IMG/VR virus record: IMGVR_UViG_3300024509_000012
DNA length: 20,000 nucleotides
Strand: one strand, 5' to 3'
Source: an uncultured virus (IMG/VR IMGVR_UViG_3300024509_000012)
Taxonomy: Duplodnaviria; Heunggongvirae; Uroviricota; Caudoviricetes
In this document: positions 16,130 to 20,000 of the stretch, piece by piece
Position numbering within the stretch: position 1 is the stretch's first letter
Layout: each line of letters starts with the position of its first letter
Position numbers and translations under genes: made by a program
Notes under the pieces: model-generated
What the model saw: only the letters and a program-made list of their open reading frames with translations
Told to the model about the DNA's origin: nothing
Databases searched by the model: none

Positions 16130-17194
16130 GTTTAAACTATAGAAGGCAAAGAATTCCATAGGTTTCTTTTCAATCTTCTTTGTAAGAATTAACTTATTAT
16201 TATCACTATCCAAATAGGTTACTTTACCTGAAGGATCAATTGAAATAATGTCACTAGGGTAAAAATATTGTGTATCAACATATTCACCATCATCAGTCTC
16301 ATATCCAATATAAACATCTTTAACAATAGGATTACCTGTAAATGTTTTTGTATATCCATCTGAACCAAAATGAATTGGATTATTTGGAATAAATTCAATA
16401 TCATAAGTAACTGCTGAACTAAATTCAGGTTTTGTATTGATTACCTTAATTACTTCAGGTGCAGTTTCATTATAACGATTCATTTCTTCAATCATAGCTT
16501 TTAGCATATCAAAATTAAATTGATGAAAGATTGAAGAAATATTACAAACAGAATTAATATTGTCTTTATTGATTAAATTTTCTTCACAATATTCACGAAT
16601 AAAATTAATATCAAGACCAGTAAAATCAATCATGTAGTAGATTCTACCTGGACGATTTCTCATGTTTGTGTCAACTCTGAACTTATCATTACATGTACAA
16701 ATGAAAAGCTTTTTAGTAGGATAAACACCGTCAAAAAGTGTTAGAACTGCTTCTTGGTGTTCCTTTTCTGCATAAACTTTTTCAAATTCATCAAAAAAGA
16801 TAATAGCAGGTTGTTGAATGGTCTGAATAAAAGCATTGAAACCATCACCAAACCAAGGTTGATTGATGATGATTGTAGGAATACCAAGTTCAGCAGCTTT
16901 AACTGAAATTGACTTTGCTAGTAGTGTTTTACCTGAACCTTTTTCACCAGAAAGCATAACACCTGTAGAATTTGGTCTTTGATTAAAGGTGGTTAAAATT
17001 CTACTTGTGGTTTTTTCAACATCACCATATAACTTTTTGGGTAATGAAAAAGAATCAATCTGTTCTAGAGAATATTCTTTATTCATATTATCAAACTTAA
17101 CGGTATAATTTCCAGGTGGAAGATTATTACTAATATCTAAGTTATTATTAGGCGTGACCCTGAAATTGTTACCATTCTTAATGAAAAAACTCAT
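16115..17194 (-). CDS. AAA+ ATPase
   Basis: Walker A GEKGSGKT, Walker B IFFDEFEK, RNRPGRI arginine finger. Confidence 0.92.
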   Translation of the reverse strand: MSFFIKNGNNFRVTPNNNLDISNNLPPGNYTVKFDNMNKEYSLEQIDSFSLPKKLYGDVEKTTSRILTTFNQRPNSTGVMLSGEKGSGKTLLAKSISVKAAELGIPTIIINQPWFGDGFNAFIQTIQQPAIIFFDEFEKVYAEKEHQEAVLTLFDGVYPTKKLFICTCNDKFRVDTNMRNRPGRIYYMIDFTGLDINFIREYCEENLINKDNINSVCNISSIFHQFNFDMLKAMIEEMNRYNETAPEVIKVINTKPEFSSAVTYDIEFIPNNPIHFGSDGYTKTFTGNPIVKDVYIGYETDDGEYVDTQYFYPSDIISIDPSGKVTYLDSDNNKLILTKKIEKKPMEFFAFYSLNTRLV

Positions 17195-17214
17195 AATTTA
17201 TCCTTTTTATTTTT

Positions 17215-17292
17215 TGGTTGGCGTGACTGGAATCGAACCAGTGACCTCAGACTTATCAGGTCTGCGCTCTAAACCAACTGAGCTACACGCCA
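17215..17292 (-). tRNA. tRNA-Ile(GAT)
   Basis: CAGAC-CTGATAA-GTCTG, A73, CCA. Confidence 0.96.
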
Positions 17293-17302
17293 TCACATTT
17301 TT

Positions 17303-17331
17303 ATTGTACCACTATAAACAACTTTTGTCAA
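17303..17331 (-). promoter_or_regulatory. sigma70 promoter
   Basis: TTGACA-17-TACAAT with TG extension. Confidence 0.75.
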
Positions 17332-17338
17332 CTAAATT

Positions 17339-17428
17339 TGGCGGAAAATACAAGATTCGAACTTGTGCATCCCTTTCAGGATGACCACTGATTAGCAATC
17401 AGGTGCAATACCACTCTGCCAATTTTCC
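17339..17428 (-). tRNA. tRNA-Ser(GCT)
   Basis: Loop TTGCTAA, long variable arm, G73, CCA. Confidence 0.93.
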
Positions 17429-17430
17429 TT

Positions 17431-17625
<195 letters not shown>

Positions 17626-17628
17626 TTA

Positions 17629-17716
17629 TGGAGGAGAATGATAGCATCGAACTATTATCCCGTTAGAGATACTACGGTTTTCAAGACCGTGCGAGGAGCC
17701 AACCTCAGCATTCTCC
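17629..17716 (-). tRNA. tRNA-Ser(TGA)
   Basis: ACGGT-CTTGAAA-ACCGT, long variable arm, U73, CCA. Confidence 0.88.
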
Positions 17717-17724
17717 TAAAATTT

Positions 17725-17799
17725 TGGAGCGAATGATCGGATTCGAACCGATACCAATGGTTTGGAAGACCAGTGTGCTACCATTAACACCACACTCGC
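17725..17799 (-). tRNA. tRNA-Gly(TCC)
   Basis: Loop CTTCCAA, GCG acceptor start, U73, CCA. Confidence 0.94.
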
Positions 17800-17810
17800 A
17801 TATTATTTTT

Positions 17811-17887
17811 TGGGGTGTCGTGTTGGAATTGAACCAACCCTGAGAGTGTCACAAACTCCCGTGCGAAACCAATAACACTTACGACAC
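17811..17887 (-). tRNA. tRNA-His(GTG)
   Basis: GGAGT-TTGTGAC-ACTCT, C73, CCA. No encoded G-1. Confidence 0.9.
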
Positions 17888-17895
17888 AAAAACTT

Positions 17896-17988
17896 TGGTC
17901 CTCCCACCAGGATTCGAACCTGGACCGTACTCTAATCTGGAGTGAACAGCTTATAAGGCTGCCGTGCTTACCATTACACCATAGGAGC
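17896..17988 (-). tRNA. tRNA-Ile(TAT) with long variable arm
   Basis: GCAGC-CTTATAA-GCTGT, 22-nt variable region, G1:G72, A73, CCA. Confidence 0.88.
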
Positions 17989-17995
17989 AAATTTT

Positions 17996-18072
17996 TGGCA
18001 CTCCCGCTCGGATTCTAACCGAGATCTTGCAGTTTTGGAGACTGCTGTTTTAAACAATTAAACTACGGGAAT
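17996..18072 (-). tRNA. tRNA-Trp(CCA), atypical elbow
   Basis: GCAGT-CTCCAAA-ACTGC, T loop TTAGAAT, CCA. Confidence 0.85.
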
Positions 18073-18082
18073 ATTAATCTTT

Positions 18083-18156
18083 TGGCACCTCCCGTCAGAA
18101 TCGAACTGACGTCTGCGGTTTTGGAGACCGATATGTTACCACTACACCAGAGAGGC
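18083..18156 (-). tRNA. tRNA-Trp(CCA)
   Basis: Loop CTCCAAA, G73, CCA. Confidence 0.92.
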
Positions 18157-18161
18157 ATAAC

Positions 18162-18169
18162 TATTTATA
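18162..18169 (-). promoter_or_regulatory. T4-type late promoter at the head of the tRNA/ncRNA cluster
   Basis: TATAAATA 5 nt upstream of tRNA-Trp. Confidence 0.65.
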
Positions 18170-18382
18170 CTACCAGAAACCGTTGTTTCTTCCCCAATCT
18201 TCAAACTCACGTTTTTCTTCTTCAAGTTCACGTTTTCGTTCTTCACGACGCATCATTCGTTCGTAAACATCATTAGGACCGCCACCACGATAGCAACATT
18301 CTAAACCACAATCAGGACATTGCTCAAGCGCTGGGACATCGATGAAATTTGAAGAATTGCAATTAGGGCAAACACGTTTCAT
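18170..18382 (-). CDS. Small zinc-ribbon protein with charged helix
   Basis: CPNC...CPDC and an E/R-rich tail. Confidence 0.75.
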   Translation of the reverse strand: MKRVCPNCNSSNFIDVPALEQCPDCGLECCYRGGGPNDVYERMMRREERKRELEEEKREFEDWGRNNGFW

Positions 18383-18586
18383 TTAAACACCACCAAATTT
18401 TGTATTTGGACTTTTAGATTTGCATTTGCAAATCTTCATACCACAACCCAAACACAAACCATTTCTCAATCTTGTATATAATTTATGCCAAGCAATTGTA
18501 AATTCTTTTGCTGGCCAACCAAATATATGACTTCCGTCAAAGTCTAGATCGGAACCAGTTGTTCTTGGTTTTCTTCGTTTTGGCAT
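18383..18586 (-). CDS. Small basic Cys-containing protein
   Basis: Likely ATG at 18586 (MPKRRKPR...CLGCGMKICKC). The ORF-track extension runs through a tRNA-like element. Confidence 0.65.
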   Translation of the reverse strand: MPKRRKPRTTGSDLDFDGSHIFGWPAKEFTIAWHKLYTRLRNGLCLGCGMKICKCKSKSPNTKFGGV

Positions 18587-18598
18587 ATTCAATCTTTC

Positions 18599-18685
18599 TG
18601 GAAGACCGGACCTCGAACCCGGATCAGTTAGCTTTGAACTAGTACCCAATCAGTACTCTGGTTTTTCCTGTTAAACTATCTTCCT
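18599..18685 (-). ncRNA. tRNA-like RNA with branched anticodon arm and no CCA
   Basis: GGAAGA/TCTTCC acceptor, D arm GTTT-AACAGGAA-AAAC, T arm CCGGG-TTCGAGG-TCCGG. Confidence 0.65.
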
Positions 18686-18692
18686 AATCTGT

Positions 18693-18772
18693 ATTAAGCA
18701 GTGTGAATTTCAAGCTATTTGTTTCATCCGCACATTTGCATCTGCTTGTAGATGGCGGACCCACTGCTTAAT
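18693..18772 (-). ncRNA. Unknown structured RNA (~80 nt)
   Basis: 11-bp ATTAAGCAGTG/CACTGCTTAAT enclosing GTCCGC/GCGGAT and CATCT/AGATG. Confidence 0.55.
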
Positions 18773-18773
18773 T

Positions 18774-18855
18774 TGGTTGCGGAGGTAGGATTCGAACCGT
18801 TTGAGACGACCTCATGGTTATGAGCCATGCGAGCTGACCACTGCTCTACTCCGCA
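18774..18855 (-). tRNA. tRNA-Met(CAT), initiator-like, with T-stem insertion
   Basis: GAGC/GCTC D stem, CATGG-CTCATAA-CCATG, GT(CTCAAAC)GG-TTCGAAT-CCTAC, CCA. Confidence 0.85.
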
Positions 18856-18862
18856 TCAAAAA

Positions 18863-18965
18863 TTGTAAGGTATTGAGCCCCCAATTCACTATTCGCTAAC
18901 AGGACTTTCGTACAGCATCCTGATGGTACTCAATTTTATCTGTGATCGACCTACTCAATTTACAA
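18863..18965 (-). ncRNA. Unknown structured spacer (~100 nt)
   Basis: TTGTAA/TTACAA, ATTGAG/CTCAAT and CAGGA/TCCTG stems. No ORF. Confidence 0.4.
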
Positions 18966-18973
18966 GCAACAAT

Positions 18974-19324
18974 TTAGTACGAACTAAACGAAACACTCAG
19001 TTTTTCAAAATTTACTTCTTCTGGATTGATTTGTGAAAGATCAAAACTGTCAACTTCAAAGACCTTTTCAGTGGTTGTGTGGTCCATTCCACAAGATCCG
19101 CTACGAGAACAACCCGACGAATAGCACCACAAAATCTTTCCTTCAGAATTAACTCCAATTCCTTCATAGCAATGATGACCATAACCGAAATCATCATTTT
19201 CTAATTGCTTTACAATTACACACTCTTCATTATCGAATGAAGACTTTGGTAAGTCGTCATAATTTGCAATGACATATTCGACAATTGGAACTGTTTGGTA
19301 ATTAGTTTGTAAGTATTCGTCCAT
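18974..19324 (-). CDS. Hypothetical protein
   Basis: 116-aa acidic ORF with SD AGGA. Confidence 0.75.
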   Translation of the reverse strand: MDEYLQTNYQTVPIVEYVIANYDDLPKSSFDNEECVIVKQLENDDFGYGHHCYEGIGVNSEGKILWCYSSGCSRSGSCGMDHTTTEKVFEVDSFDLSQINPEEVNFEKLSVSFSSY

Positions 19325-19326
19325 AA

Positions 19327-19524
19327 TTATTCCTGTTTTGTTTCTGGAAAAAGGCGATTTAACATAGATTCATATTGAGGCCAAGTCGGACCGCAACTAC
19401 CATAAATTGGTCGAACTGCAAGAACCAAAGCATGAATTTGATCTCTAGTTGCTCCCGTTTTTACAAGATCTGTTAGAGCATCTTGCAAATTTGATGCATG
19501 TGATGGTGGTCTCAGTTTTCCCAT
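19327..19524 (-). CDS. Hypothetical protein
   Basis: 65-aa ORF, SD AGGA, abuts the next gene. Confidence 0.65.
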   Translation of the reverse strand: MGKLRPPSHASNLQDALTDLVKTGATRDQIHALVLAVRPIYGSCGPTWPQYESMLNRLFPETKQE

Positions 19525-19611
19525 AATATTTATCCTGTATACGATCTGATTTGTTGGTTTGTTCCTGAATTCGTCTTACCAAACGCATGAACATACATTA
19601 CCTTCTTAATA

Positions 19612-19700
19612 TGGTGGGTTGGGTAGGATTCGAACCTACAACTCCCCTAGGGGAACCAGGGTTACAGCCTGGCGCCGAAGCCAATCTCGACAACCAACCC
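19612..19700 (-). tRNA. tRNA-Tyr(GTA)
   Basis: CCAGG-CTGTAAC-CCTGG, long variable arm, A73, CCA. Confidence 0.93.
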
Positions 19701-19705
19701 AAAAC

Positions 19706-19792
19706 TTATTTTCGAAATTTGAACCAGAAAGGAAACAAAATAATTCCAATTATCGGAATTAATGCCCACATTCGATTCAAGAATTCTATCAT
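19706..19792 (-). CDS. 28-aa single-pass membrane peptide
   Basis: MIEFLNRMWALIPIIGIILFPFWFKFRK, ATGA-coupled to the upstream ORF. Confidence 0.5.
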   Translation of the reverse strand: MIEFLNRMWALIPIIGIILFPFWFKFRK

Positions 19793-19950
19793 AAAGTTTG
19801 TCTTAATTTTGTTAGCTCTAATTGCATCGCTTTCAGCAACCTCAAATCTTCTGAAATCTCTTCATAATGCTTAAACATCGCAGTAATGAAAGGACCAGGA
19901 TCTTCTTTCGAATTCCTATAGAGTTTATCCAATTTGTTCAAGTCAATCAT
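19789..19950 (-). CDS. Small hypothetical protein (53 aa)
   Basis: MIDLNKLDKLYRNSKEDPGPF..., directly after a consensus promoter. Confidence 0.65.
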   Translation of the reverse strand: MIDLNKLDKLYRNSKEDPGPFITAMFKHYEEISEDLRLLKAMQLELTKLRQTL

Positions 19951-19958
19951 ATAGAACC

Positions 19959-19987
19959 ATTATACCTTAAATCTTTTGCTTTGTCAA
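19959..19987 (-). promoter_or_regulatory. sigma70 promoter
   Basis: TTGACA-17-TATAAT, with the ATG 8 nt downstream. Confidence 0.8.
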
Positions 19988-20000
19988 ATCTTTTTGGTAG

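Noticed and set aside
17784..17990. Minus-strand 68-aa ORF in the track
   Set aside because: It runs across tRNA-Ile, tRNA-His and tRNA-Gly, so it is spurious.
18900..18922. Sarcin-ricin loop mimic (GTACGAAAG)
   Set aside because: It lacks the AGUA/GA bulged-G motif flanks, so the match is too short to support.
19530..19600. Tiny ORF downstream of tRNA-Tyr
   Set aside because: Two competing short frames with no supporting evidence for either.
19995..20000. 3' end (CTACCA) of a further tRNA
   Set aside because: Plausible, but only 6 nt are visible at the window edge.

Overview
AT-rich segment of a large T4-like (gp43/TATAAATA-type) dsDNA phage, with all supported genes on the minus strand. 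The left part holds a family-B DNA polymerase (cut by the window edge), a GH19 endolysin, an intact 1061-aa Acidobacteria-style TonB-dependent receptor, Hsp20 with a ROSE-like leader, a late virion protein, dUTPase and several exported or hypothetical proteins. The right part is a tRNA region: 14 CCA-ending tRNAs interleaved with nucleic-acid end-processing enzymes (PseT-like PNKP, metallophosphoesterase, cyclic-phosphate receiver domain), an AAA ATPase and several unexplained structured non-coding elements. The top finding is a 195-nt RNA between two tRNA-Ser genes (17431-17625). It rebuilds the uL11-binding GTPase-associated centre (H43/H44) of bacterial 23S rRNA almost base for base, with a ~130-nt pseudoknotted domain inserted into H44, which suggests a phage-encoded ribosome-fragment mimic. 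Two CCA-less tRNA mimics with an extra hairpin in the anticodon arm, other folded spacers and a set of leaderless sigma70 promoters are also present. All calls were made by eye, with no database searches.
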